A stretch of DNA of 64,000 nucleotides from NCBI GenBank assembly GCA_013239625.1, contig MU053557.1, positions 3,812,123 to 3,876,122 on the forward strand, written 5' to 3'. This stretch comes from Lama guanicoe (Eukaryota). The translations under genes were made by a program, and so were the position numbers. This document shows, one piece after another, positions 53,386-64,000 of this stretch; position 1 is the first letter of the stretch; each line of letters opens with the position of its first letter. The notes beneath the pieces are model-generated. The model was not told the DNA's origin and made no database searches. It saw only the letters and a program-made list of their open reading frames with translations.

Positions 53386-54922
53386 GCCTTAGCATAGCTT
53401 ATAAAACCTGTTATCTTAAGGCCTGCGTTTGAGTCTAACCATTACTCTCATTTCTAAACATATACTTTACTTATTATTTGTTTTCTTTTTTCCATATTAT
53501 TCTTTATTCTTGAAATACTGGTCATCACTTATATGTCTCCAACTTTCTAATAACTCTGAGGGCCAAGTCCTCTGTGAAGCCTGGTTATGACAACCTCTGC
53601 CACTTCTCCAACTTACTCAAGTGAAAGTGCTCTCTTCAGTGTGACCCCACTTATTTCTGTATAACTTTAATCAGATAGCTTTATTCTCCTTTAGCCTGTG
53701 AACTTCTCTTACTCATCTTTAAATTCCCGGAATCTAATAAATTTCCTGGAATCAGTAGGTTGCACCCAGCAAGTGTTTGAGAAAAGAATGAAGAAGGTAA
53801 GCTCTATGAATCTATCTTTGTTGTCATTACATTTTCAGTATTTAGTAATACTTGGAATAACTGGTGCTAGATTATTACTTTTGAAGGAAGGAAGGAATTT
53901 TTATTGGTTAGCATTTATAAAATCAGAATGATATCTACGTGCGTCTGTGTTCACACAAAACACTGAAAAAGAAAGACCCAAGCTTATATCCTAGGGTGTG
54001 TGTGCATTTGCATGTTAAGATTATGTGCAAATATGCATACATATTTATTTCATAGTGGGAAAATGTAGAAGAAAATAAGTAGCAAAGATAATTTAAATGT
54101 TTAAAAGCATTGTGAAAGCAATAAAGCACATTGATCTGAGTTGGGATGGAGGTATTTTTGGTAATATTCAAATGGATATGTCTGAAAAAGAAACTACTCA
54201 TTCAAGTTTCTTGGCTGGGAGTGTTCCAGGCAGAGGGAGCAGTAAGAGCACAATCTCTAAGGTGAAGAGTACATGGTGTGTTTGAGAAAGAGAAAGATGG
54301 GAAGCATGGGTGGCATTTATGCCCAAAGACTAAAACCCATCTGTGAAATCCTTGTTAAAATAAAAATGTTAAATAGGAACCATCATGTATGTGTTGTCTA
54401 AAAGCAAAGGGCTGAAGAAAACAGCCCACTAAGTCACATTCACCTGGAATATCAAGGGTATTTACCTTAATGACCATTAGCAGTATGCCCTCTAATAGTT
54501 AGTCTAATAAATCCCTTGACTTCAAAATCCCTCATATTAGCATTTTTATTTTCCTACTAGTCGTGATACCAAATATTATTCATTTTGTGCACAAATTGTA
54601 CAGACAGTCCTACAGGTTACTGCCTGATGGAAGCTTTCTAGCCCAAAGGTTCTGCTAGGAGGACATTCAAAATCTGCAAATTGTTAGAAAGTGACTTGAT
54701 TGCAATTATTACTGAATGCTAATCAGAGAAAATTTAGAATGAAATTAATTATATGCAGCATCATTTTTGACCCATGTTCCTAGGTGTTTGAAAAAGGTCT
54801 AAAATAAGCTTGCTTGGTTTCTGGTGTTTCTCATCGCTGGTAAAATAGACTACACAATCAGGATACAGAACGTGATGGCTGGCAGATGTATACGTACTTA
54901 GCTGCATGCATATAGATTTATT

Positions 54923-54930
54923 TATAAATA
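54923..54930 (+). promoter_or_regulatory. Orphaned TATA box (TATAAATA) of the SPINK12-like gene
   Basis: Overlaps the left TSD of the L1; removing the insertion places it about 76 nt upstream of ATG 59722. Confidence 0.6.
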
Positions 54931-54939
54931 CAGCCTGTA

Positions 54940-55220
54940 AGAGGTTGAGAAGGATTGGTATGAGTTCTTCTTTGTATATTTGGTAAAATTCCCCAGTGAA
55001 GCCATCTGGTCCTGGACTTTTGTGTGTAGAGAGAATTTTATTGCTGATTCTATGTCATTTCTAGTGATCAGTCTGTTCAAGTGGTCTGTTTCTTCTTGAT
55101 TCAGTCTTGGTGGACTGTATGTTTCCAGAAACTTGTCCATTTCTTCTAGGTTGTCTAATTTGTTTCCATATAGTTGTTCATAGTATTCTCTTATGGTTTT
55201 TTGGTATTTCTGTGGTATTG
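54940..55220 (-). mobile_element. Inverted 5' segment of the outer L1
   Basis: Minus ORF 54922..55281 contains [26 protein letters not shown], the ORF2 part just upstream of the sense segment. Confidence 0.93.
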
Positions 55221-58200
55221 ACTGAAAAGGAGGGAGTACTCCCAAACTCATTCTATGAAGCCACCATAATCCTGACACCAAAACTAGACAAACACACTAC
55301 CAAAAAAGAAAATTACAGACCAATATCACTAATGAACATAGATGCAAAAATCCTCAACAAAATATTAGCAAACAGAATCCAACAACACATAAAAAAGATC
55401 ACACACCATGATAAAGTTGGATTTATGCCAGGAACACAAGGATGATTCAACATACACAAAATCAGTGTGATATACCACATCAACAAAAGAAAGAACAAAA
55501 ATCACATGATCATCTCATTAGATGCAGAAAAAGCATTTGATAAAATTCAACACCCATTTATGATAAAAACTCTAACCAAAGTGGGTACAGAGAGAACATA
55601 TATATAATAAAAGCTATTTATGACAAATACACAGCCAGCATAATACTCAATGGTGAAAACCTGAAAGCCCTCCCACTAAAATCTGGAACAAGACAAAAAT
55701 GCCTACTCTCACCTCTTCTATTCAACATAGTCTTGGAAGTCTGAGCCATAGCAATCAGGCAACAAAAAAAATAAAAAGGGATCCAAATTGGAAGAGAAAA
55801 GGTAAAATTGTCACTATATGCAGATGACATGATACTTCATATAGAAAATCCCAAAAGCTCCACACAGAAACTGTTAGACCTGATAAAAGAATTCAGCAAG
55901 GTAGCAGGATACAAGATTAGCACACAGAAATTAGTGGCATTTCTTTACACTAAAAATGAAATAGCAAAAAAGGAAAGGAAAGCAATCCCTTTTAAAATCA
56001 CATCCAAAACAATAAAATACTTAGTAATAAATCTGACCAAGGAAGTAAAAGACATACATGAACAACTACAAAACACTGATTAAAAAAATTAAAGATGACT
56101 TAAAGAAATGGAAAGATATCCCATGCCCTTGGATTGGAAGAATCAACATTGTTAAAATGGCCATAGTGCCCAAGGCAATCTACAGATTTAATGTGATCCT
56201 ATCAAATTACCCAGGACATTTTTCACAGAACTAGAAAAAATAATTCTAAAATTTATATGAAATCACTAAAGACCCAGAATTGCCAAAGCAATACTGAAGA
56301 AAAAGAACAAAGCTGGAGGAATAACCCTCCCAGATTTCACACAATGCTACAGATCTACAGTAATCAAAACAGCATGGTATTGCTCCTGGATTGGAAGAAT
56401 CAATATTGTTAAAATGGTCACACTGCCCAAGGCAATCTATGGATTTAATGCAATCCCTATCAAATTACCCAGAACATATTTCACAGAACTAGAACAAATC
56501 ATAATAAAATTTATATGGACTCACAAAGGACTTAGAATTGCCAAAGCATTACTGAAGAAAAAGAAAGAGGCTGGAGGAATAACTCTCTCAGACTTCAGAA
56601 AATACTATAGAGCTACAGTAATCAAAACAGCATGATATTGGTACAAAAACAGACATATGAACCAATGGAACAGAACAGAGGATCCAGAAATGAACCCACA
56701 AACTTTTGGTCAACTAATCTTCGACAAAGGAGGCAAGAACATACAATGGAATAAAGACAGTCTCTTCAGCAAATGGTGCTGGGAAAAGTGGACAGCAGCA
56801 TGTAAATCAGTGAAGCTAGAACACTCCTTACACCATACACAAAAATTAATTCAGAATGGATCAAAGACTTAAACATAAGACAAGATATAATAAACCTCCT
56901 AGAAGAAACAAAGGCAAAACATTATCTCACATGCAACTCAGAAACGTTCTCCTAGGGCAGTTTACCCAAGCAATAGAAATAAAAGCAAGAATAAATAAAC
57001 GGGACCTAATTAAATTTACAAGCTTTTGCACAGCAAAGGAAACCATAAGCAAAACAAAACAACAACCTATGGAATGGGAGAAAATTTTTGCAAGTACTGT
57101 GACTCACAAAGGCTTGATCTCCAGAATATATAAGCAGCTCATACGACTTAATAAGAAAAAAGCAAACAACCCCATCCAAAAATGGGCAGAAGACCTAAAC
57201 AAGCAATTCTCCAAGGAAGAAATATAAATGATCAATAGGCATGAGAAAAATTGCTCAATATCACTAATTATCAGAGAAATGCAAATCAAAACTACAATGA
57301 GGCATCATCTCATACCAGTCAGAATGGCCATCATTCAGAAGTCCACAAATGATAAATGTTGGAGAGGGTGTGGAGAAAAGGGAACCCTCCTACACTGCTG
57401 GTGGGAATGCAGTTTGGTGCAGCCACTGTGGAAAACAGTATGGAGATTCCTCAAAAAACTAAAAATAGACTTACCATATGATCCAGCAATCGTACTCCTG
57501 GGCTTATATCCAGAGAGAACTCTAATTTGAAAAGATACATGCACCTCAATGTTCATAGTAGCATTATTTACAATAGCCAAGACATGGAAACAGCCTAAAT
57601 GTCCATCAACAGATGACTGGATAAAGAAGAGGTGGTATATTTATACAAAGGAATACTATTAAGCCTTAAAAAAGACAACATAAAGCCATTTGGAGCAACA
57701 CAGATGTCCCCGGAGAATGTCATTCTAAGTGAAGTAAGCCAGAAAAAGAAAGAAAAATACCATATGAGATCACTCATATGTGGAATATAAAAAAAAAAGA
57801 AGAAGAAGAAAGAAAAAGACAAATGAACATAAATACAAAACAGAAATAGACTCATAGACATAGAATACAAATTTGTGGTTGTCAGGGGGAGGGGGGTCGG
57901 AAGGCACAAGCTGGGAGTTCAAAATTTGTAGATACTGACAGGCATATGTAGAATAGGTAAACAAGATTATACTGTATAGCACAGGGAAATATATACAAGA
58001 TCTTGTGGCAGCTCACAGTGGAAAAGAATGTGACAATGAATATACGTATTTTCATGTATAACTGAAAAATCGTGCTCTACACTGGAAATTGACACAACAT
58101 TGTAAACTGACTATAATTCAATAAAATAAAAAAAACAGCATGGTACTGGCATAACAACAGACATGTACCAATTGAACAGAATAGAGAACCCAGAAATAAA

Positions 58201-59649
58201 CCCACACACCTATGGTCAATTAATCTTCAAAAATGGAAGGAAGAATATACAATGGAATAAAGACAGTCTCTTCAGCAAGTGGTGTTGGGAAAACTGCACA
58301 GCCCCATGTAAATCAATGAAGTAAGAACACTCCCTCACACCATACACAAAAATAAACTTAAAATAGCTTAAACACCTAAATATAAGACGAGACACAATAA
58401 ACCTCCTAGGAGTAAACATAGGCAAAACATTCTCTGACATAAATCTCAGCAATGTTCTCCTAGGGCATTCTACCCAGGTAATAGAAATAAAAGCAAAAAT
58501 AAACAAATGGGACCTAATTAAACGTATAACCTTTTGCACAGCAAAGGAAACCACAAGCAAAACAAAATGACAACCTATGGAATGGGAGAAAATATTTGCA
58601 AGTAATGTGACTGACAAAGGTTTAACTTCCAGAACGTATAAACAGTTCATACAACTCAGTAACAAAAAAACAAACAATACAATCCAAAAATAGGTAGAGG
58701 ATCTAAACATGAAATTCTCCAATGAAGACATACAAATGGCCGATAGGCCCATGAAAAAATGCTCAAAATCACTAATTATCAGAGAAATGCAAATCAAAAC
58801 TACAATGAGGTATCACCTCACACCAGTCAGAATGCTCATCATTCAGAAATCCACAAGGGATAAATGTTGGAGAGGCTTTGGAGAAAAGGGAACCCTCCTG
58901 CATTGTTGGCAGGAATGTAGTTTGGTGGAGCCGTTATGGAAAATAGTATGGAAATTCCTCAAAAGACTAAAAATAGACTTACCATATGATCCAGCAATCG
59001 TACTCCTGGGCGTATATCCAGAGGGAACTCTAATTTGAAAAGATACATGCACCTCAATGTTCATAGCAGCACTATTTACAATAGCCAAGACATGGAAACA
59101 ACCTAAATGTCCATTGACAGACGGCTGTATAAGAAGGTGTGATATATTTATACAATGGAATACTACTCAGCCATAAAAAAGAATAAAACAATGCCATTTG
59201 CAGCAACATGGATGATCCTGGAGATAGTCAACTACGTGAAGTAAGCCAGAAAGAGAAAGAAAAATATAATATGTTATCATTCATATGTGGAATCTTAAAA
59301 TAAAAAGGACACTACTGAAGTCATATACAAAACAGAAACAGATTCGGAGACAAAGTAAACAATCTTATGATTACTAGAGGAAAGAGAGTGGGAAGGGATA
59401 AATTTGGGAGTTTGAGATTTGCAAATGTTAGCCACTATATAAATAGTAGATAAAAACAAAGTAAATTTATTCTGTATAGCACAGGGAACTATATTCAATA
59501 TCTTATAATAACCTTTAATGAAAAAGAATATGAAAACAAATATCTCTATATATATGCACGACTGGGATATTGTGCTGTACACCAGAAACTGACACTTTGT
59601 AACTGACTGTACAATCTAAAAAATAAATTAATAAAAATAAAGATAAATG
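55221..59649 (+). mobile_element. Outer L1, sense segment (RT domain to 3' tail), disrupted
   Basis: [28 protein letters not shown] and SLYADDM motifs with stops; TSD aat(a/c)cagcctgta at 54927-54939 and 59650-59662. Confidence 0.95.
56383..58131 (+). mobile_element. Younger 5'-truncated L1 nested in the outer L1
   Basis: Has its own 3' UTR and A tail; 17 bp TSD aaaacagcatggta(t/c)tg at 56366-56382 and 58132-58148. Confidence 0.93.
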
Positions 59650-59721
59650 AATCCAGCCTGTAGAACATACACAGTGAACTCTATTACACATTTCCTACAG
59701 CCCTGGCAAATCTCGTTGACC

Positions 59722-59782
59722 ATGAAGTCATCAGGCATCTTTCTGCTTTTGATCAGTGTGGCCTATTTGTTCATCTTTGCTG
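59722..59782 (+). CDS. Exon 1 of a third Kazal inhibitor gene, SPINK12-like (MKSSGIFLLLISVAYLFIFA + 1 nt); possibly a pseudogene
   Basis: gaccATG Kozak context; signal peptide paralogous to SPINK6 exon 1 (MKxSGxFLLL); same phase-1 donor position (GTGAAT); resemblance to rodent Spink12 and its position after Spink6 are from recall. Confidence 0.75.
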
Positions 59783-59857
59783 GTGAATTATATATATATA
59801 CACTAACTGGAATTCTGGACCAGACTGTCAATGTCAGCTGTCATGTGATGCTATTGT

Positions 59858-59905
59858 TGATGAAGATGATGGTAACGATGATGATGATGATGATGATGAT
59901 GATAA
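59858..59905. repeat. (GAT)n imperfect microsatellite
   Basis: Directly visible trinucleotide run. Confidence 0.85.
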
Positions 59906-60889
59906 TAATAAGGATGGTTAATGATGGTGACTGCCCATCACACTATTAATTTAGAGGAAATGTTTACTTACAAAATTAGCAACTTTAATTGTCACTATAA
60001 TACTATTCAAGAGATAGGTTTACCCAATGGCAAAAACATCTCATAGGATGAGATGGCCTGTTCTAGGTCAAATGGGCCCCAAATATGTAATCTAGGAGTT
60101 CCAGGCCACTTGTGTTGCCCTCAGCAAACCACAATTAAGAGCATAAAGTTACAAATAAACTTCATTCTTCAAGTAAACAATTCATATTGAAATTAGAAAT
60201 TCTCATTTAAAGTCACCTTCAAGAAATTCTTATCTAAAGAGTTTCAACCGCCAGAATGTTCCTGAGATGTTTCCATTTTACTGAAAGCCAAGTCATTCTT
60301 ACTTACCCTCTACATGAGCAAAGTAAAAGTTTTAGCACACTTTTTCATTATTTGAGAGAACTAATGATGTCAATGCCATTGCCACAAAAGAATTTCTCTT
60401 TAATTGCAGCCTTTTTGCAGCAACTATGAGTTTGGATGGAGGGATTATTTGAAACTGGTTACTTTGAATTGAATCCTGAAAGCTGAAAAGCATTTGAGTA
60501 GAGGCAAATTTAGGGAAAGGGTGTACTGAGGGGAGAGAACAAACAAAAAAATGACAAAATACCAAAAAAAAAAATCCTGAAATGGAAACAAGGTTGGAAT
60601 GATGAAGGGTGTGAGAAGCCAATTCATACAGAGCCTTGGGAGCCAAATTAAAGCATTGGGGTTCCTTACACAGATGTGCTAATACGGCTTTACTAGGGTT
60701 ACCTTCATGAAAACAATGACACTGTACTTGAGTTTCCTCATCAAATATTTAGGGTATTACCAAAATATTATTTTAAGTATCAAATGAGAACATGTACTTA
60801 GTGCCTCAAAAAATGGTAGCTATTATATTTATCACAGGATCTGAGTCAATGTGGAAAAGTAATCACTGTCTTCTCAACAATATTATAAC

Positions 60890-61345
60890 AACTTACCTAT
60901 TGCTGCGTGACTGATCACCCTCAACTTACTGGCTTAAAACAAAAACAGTCATTTATTTGCCTACAATTCTGCAATTCGTGCAGGCTCAGCAGAAATGGTC
61001 TGCCTCTGCTCCCTGATCCCAAGAGAGCCACTCAGCTAAATTAACAATAGCCCAAGTCAACTTAGTCACATTTCTGACGTTTCAGTGGAAGTTGCTACAA
61101 AGGATTCTCCTTTTCTCTCTTTCTGTCTGTTTCTGTCCATAGTCTCTCAGTCCATCCTGCCAGGATCTTAAGGCTTAGACCTAAAAAGGACACACTGTCA
61201 CATCCACTGCATTCTCATTGTCAAAGAAAGCCATCTGCCCAGCTCAGATTCAAAGAGAGGGTAAATGAACTCTTCTGTAGGAGAGGACTAACTTGCATAA
61301 ATAGGGATGTGAGGATTTGTTGGTGGCGAACTTCATAAACATTCT
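60890..61345 (-). mobile_element. MLT1-like solo LTR
   Basis: ttacctattgctgcgtgac...cttactggcttaaaacaa start; cccagctcagattcaaagagaggg. Confidence 0.7.
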
Positions 61346-61458
61346 GAAAACATGCTCCTTACTTTAAAATGTTAATTATAAGACCGTTTATAGGTGGACA
61401 TTATATGGAGGGTGACTAGAAGTAAGGTTTAAGAAACGAGTAACAGAAAATCTGGACC

Positions 61459-61692
61459 TGGGAAGGGATAGACTGGGATTTCAAAATTGTAGAATAGATA
61501 AACAAGATTACACTGTATAGCACAGGGAAATATACACAAAATGTTATGATAAATCACAGGAAAAAAAATGTGACAATGAGTGTGTATATGTCCATGAATG
61601 ACTGAAAAATTGTGCTGAACACTGGAATTTGACACAACATTGTAAAATGATTATAAATCAATAAAAAATGTTAAAAAAAAAAAAAAAAGAAA
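61459..61692 (+). mobile_element. Young L1 3' UTR-only insertion
   Basis: 3' UTR similar to 15063-15581, long A tail; perfect 14 bp TSD agaaaatctggacc at 61445-61458 and 61693-61706. Confidence 0.93.
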
Positions 61693-62011
61693 AGAAAATC
61701 TGGACCCAAATGGCTAAAGGTAATCAACCTGATGATCAACATGGGACCACATTATATAACATGTTTACTCTTAAGTATGGAGAGAAGGTTTTTAAAAAGC
61801 CATTGTAATTACTTATCCTGGTGATGAGGAAGTTAATTTGGGGGTGAGAAAGAGACTATTTCAGATTCTAGCCCTAGAATTTGTACTCCTGCATATCAAA
61901 AGATTTCTACATAGTGAAAGTCTCAGGAGTAAGTCAATAAATACCTGTTATAACAAAGTTAGTTCATGACTATTATCATTAGGGACTATTTTATATTTTT
62001 TTGTTCTCTAG

Positions 62012-62050
62012 ACACATTAAGTGTCTTCAACTAAAGTGAAGGTGGCAGAG
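62012..62050 (+). pseudogene. Candidate disrupted exon 2 of the SPINK12-like gene (D-T-L-S-V-F-N-stop-S-E-G-G-R)
   Basis: Strong polypyrimidine tract plus tAG 2.2 kb after exon 1 (SPINK6 intron 1 is 2.3 kb); SEGG resembles the SQGG mini-exon motif; in-frame TAA at 62032-62034. Confidence 0.35.
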
Positions 62051-64000
62051 GTCATGTTTCTAATCTCAAATGTTCACATGAGCATACTAACAACAGTTAA
62101 CAGCAATGGAACATTTTAGTGTGTGTGTCTTACATATGCATCAACTCAATAAATAATGATGAAACTGAGTATGTCTGAGTTTCAGTTTGCATGAAGCCAT
62201 TGTGTGCTGAATAAAGAAATCGATACCCAAAGCAGAGAAGAAGACATTCAAGATTCTATCTCAAGTATCAGTCACCCTCTAGGACTAAGTGTTCTGAAAC
62301 TAATGCCTCCACAGGGGTGAAGACTAGGTTAAAAGATCAAACAGAGAAATGGCAAAAGGCCTTAAGTTAGGTAGTGATTACTTAAGGACTTGACATTTGG
62401 TCTCTTTCTTAATATTGTAAAGTATTTAATGAGACTTGGTAACCAATTGGCAAGGCTCCCTCTGACAATTTTGGCAATGTGACACAGAATTTAAGACACA
62501 CTATGTCTTCCATGTAATATGAATTATATTTCAAAGACCAGACCAAATATTCAATTTGTCTGCTGGATTCAGTTCAACCTACTTGCTATGTAGGTTGCTA
62601 TGTGGGTGATGCCTTCTATTTTTTGTGCTTAAACTTTATACACCTCCTGGGGTTCAGAGAACAAAACTTGACATGTTTCCCCGCTGAGAGAGAATTAGCA
62701 GGAAACAGTGTTTAAAATATTTAGAAGAAAGCAAACAGAGAGTTCAAAGTCCCTTTCCCTGTAGCTGCATGACAAATGGCTTGTTGAGATTAAATCAGGT
62801 AACTGGACACAATGCTGTAAGACAGCCCACAGCCAGAAACCAGGATCACTAAAGTGCAGACTTAGCAGAATTTGACTCCTTCAGTTGGGAATTACTATCA
62901 TGATTTTAGAAATAAGAAAGAAACACAGGAATATGGAGAAACTGAGTTTAACTTGCATAAGATCATAGAGCTAAAAAAGAGGAGAGACCAGCACCTCAGG
63001 TCATCTGACTTCACTGCTATTGAAGTCAAAATTGTTACTATTTCCATAGAAATGTGATGACTGCTGAAAGAAGAGCCTTGATGGAGAATCTCACTCTGAA
63101 ATATGCTAGACATCCTCTCCCCTTCTCTAACAAGTGGCTGTGGTGAGCATTTTCTGAGCCTGCGCCAAGATAGAATTTTGACCTTACTCTCAAGTGTAAA
63201 GGAAGACAGTAATGCAAGACAATTCTAAAGACGGGAGAATTCCCACCACAAAGGAGAAATTAACCACCCCATTTCAGAAAATTGGAGGACTAAAAACAAT
63301 TATTCAAAAAGCCCTTTGGAATGGTTCAGAGAAGAGGTCCATAGAGCGCACTGTCTTACTCATCACAACCAACAGTACCTTCAGCCAATCCACCCAGGCA
63401 GTCTCTATACCTTCACCACATCGACTGTCTTCTGACTGCGCTATCCTCGCATACAAGGCACTCATCATGTGTGTTATTTATATGTGCTATTTTAAAGTAT
63501 AATAGCACGGAAGTTAGATAAAAAGGGTTGGTGGGACAGCTGAGGGCCCTAAGTACATAAGAAGCAATTGTTGAGGCAAACTGCAGATGCAGCTACTGTG
63601 GTCCATTTGTTGCTGTTTGAGAATTGACTGCATTGAGTTCTATACGTGAGTGTGTGGATGTGAAAATAACTTGTATCAAATCTGCCCATTTTGAGCAATA
63701 TATATGGTAGCACAAATCTAACAAAATATGATTGAAGAATCTTGATGTATTTTCTTGCATTTTCACTGCTCATTCTTTCAACTTGTCTGTATTCTAAAAC
63801 TCATCACAATAGAATTTTGGTAAAAATTGTCTGATCTTTAAAAAGACAAAAAATTCACATATTATATGGAGTATATTATATATGTGTGTGTGCATAAAAT
63901 CCAAGGCATTTAGGTTCAATTAGCCTCTTCTGACATTCATACAAATTCCAATCAGGACAGAGAAAAATTATGTTTTGGGGAAAAGTTGCCTTCTTACTGT

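Noticed and set aside
54320..54346. tgc cca aag act a aaa ccc atc tgt, readable as CPKT-KPIC with a frameshift
   Set aside because: It needs a frameshift, the rest of the Kazal pattern is absent, it adjoins an L2 remnant and lies upstream of exon 1; probably chance.
58216..58797. Longest ORF in the track (193 aa, minus strand)
   Set aside because: It is the antisense reading of L1 ORF2; similar antisense ORFs occur at 18426 and 57104, so it is not a host gene.
59647..59949. 100 aa ORF with a poly-Met run
   Set aside because: Read-through of exon 1 into the intron; the Met run is the (GAT)n microsatellite.
60838..60864. Alternative exon 2 for the third gene (reads DLSQCGK before gtaatc)
   Set aside because: Weak acceptor at a MIR-like end and wrong phase relative to exon 1.

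Overview
Mammalian genomic DNA, most likely camelid, judged from a Vic-1-type tRNA-derived SINE and the young L1 3' UTRs. It covers part of the Kazal-type serine protease inhibitor (SPINK) cluster, with all genes on the + strand. Two intact four-exon genes were spliced and translated by hand: SPINK14 (CDS 1181-6083, 96 aa) and SPINK6 (CDS 28970-42380, 80 aa). A third signal-peptide exon at 59722-59782 resembles rodent Spink12; its Kazal exons are not in the window. The most notable structure is a 4.7 kb composite L1 insertion (5'-inverted, with a second L1 nested inside) whose target-site duplication overlaps a TATA box about 76 bp upstream of this third ATG, separating the promoter from the gene. 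A weak donor, a sense intronic L1 and a stop codon in the candidate exon 2 suggest the gene is decaying. The rest is L1, L2, CR1, MIR, LTR and DNA-transposon remnants. Almost all ORFs in the supplied track are chance or L1-derived. I found no convincing wholly new biological system. Repeat family names and orthologue comparisons come from recall, not from searches.
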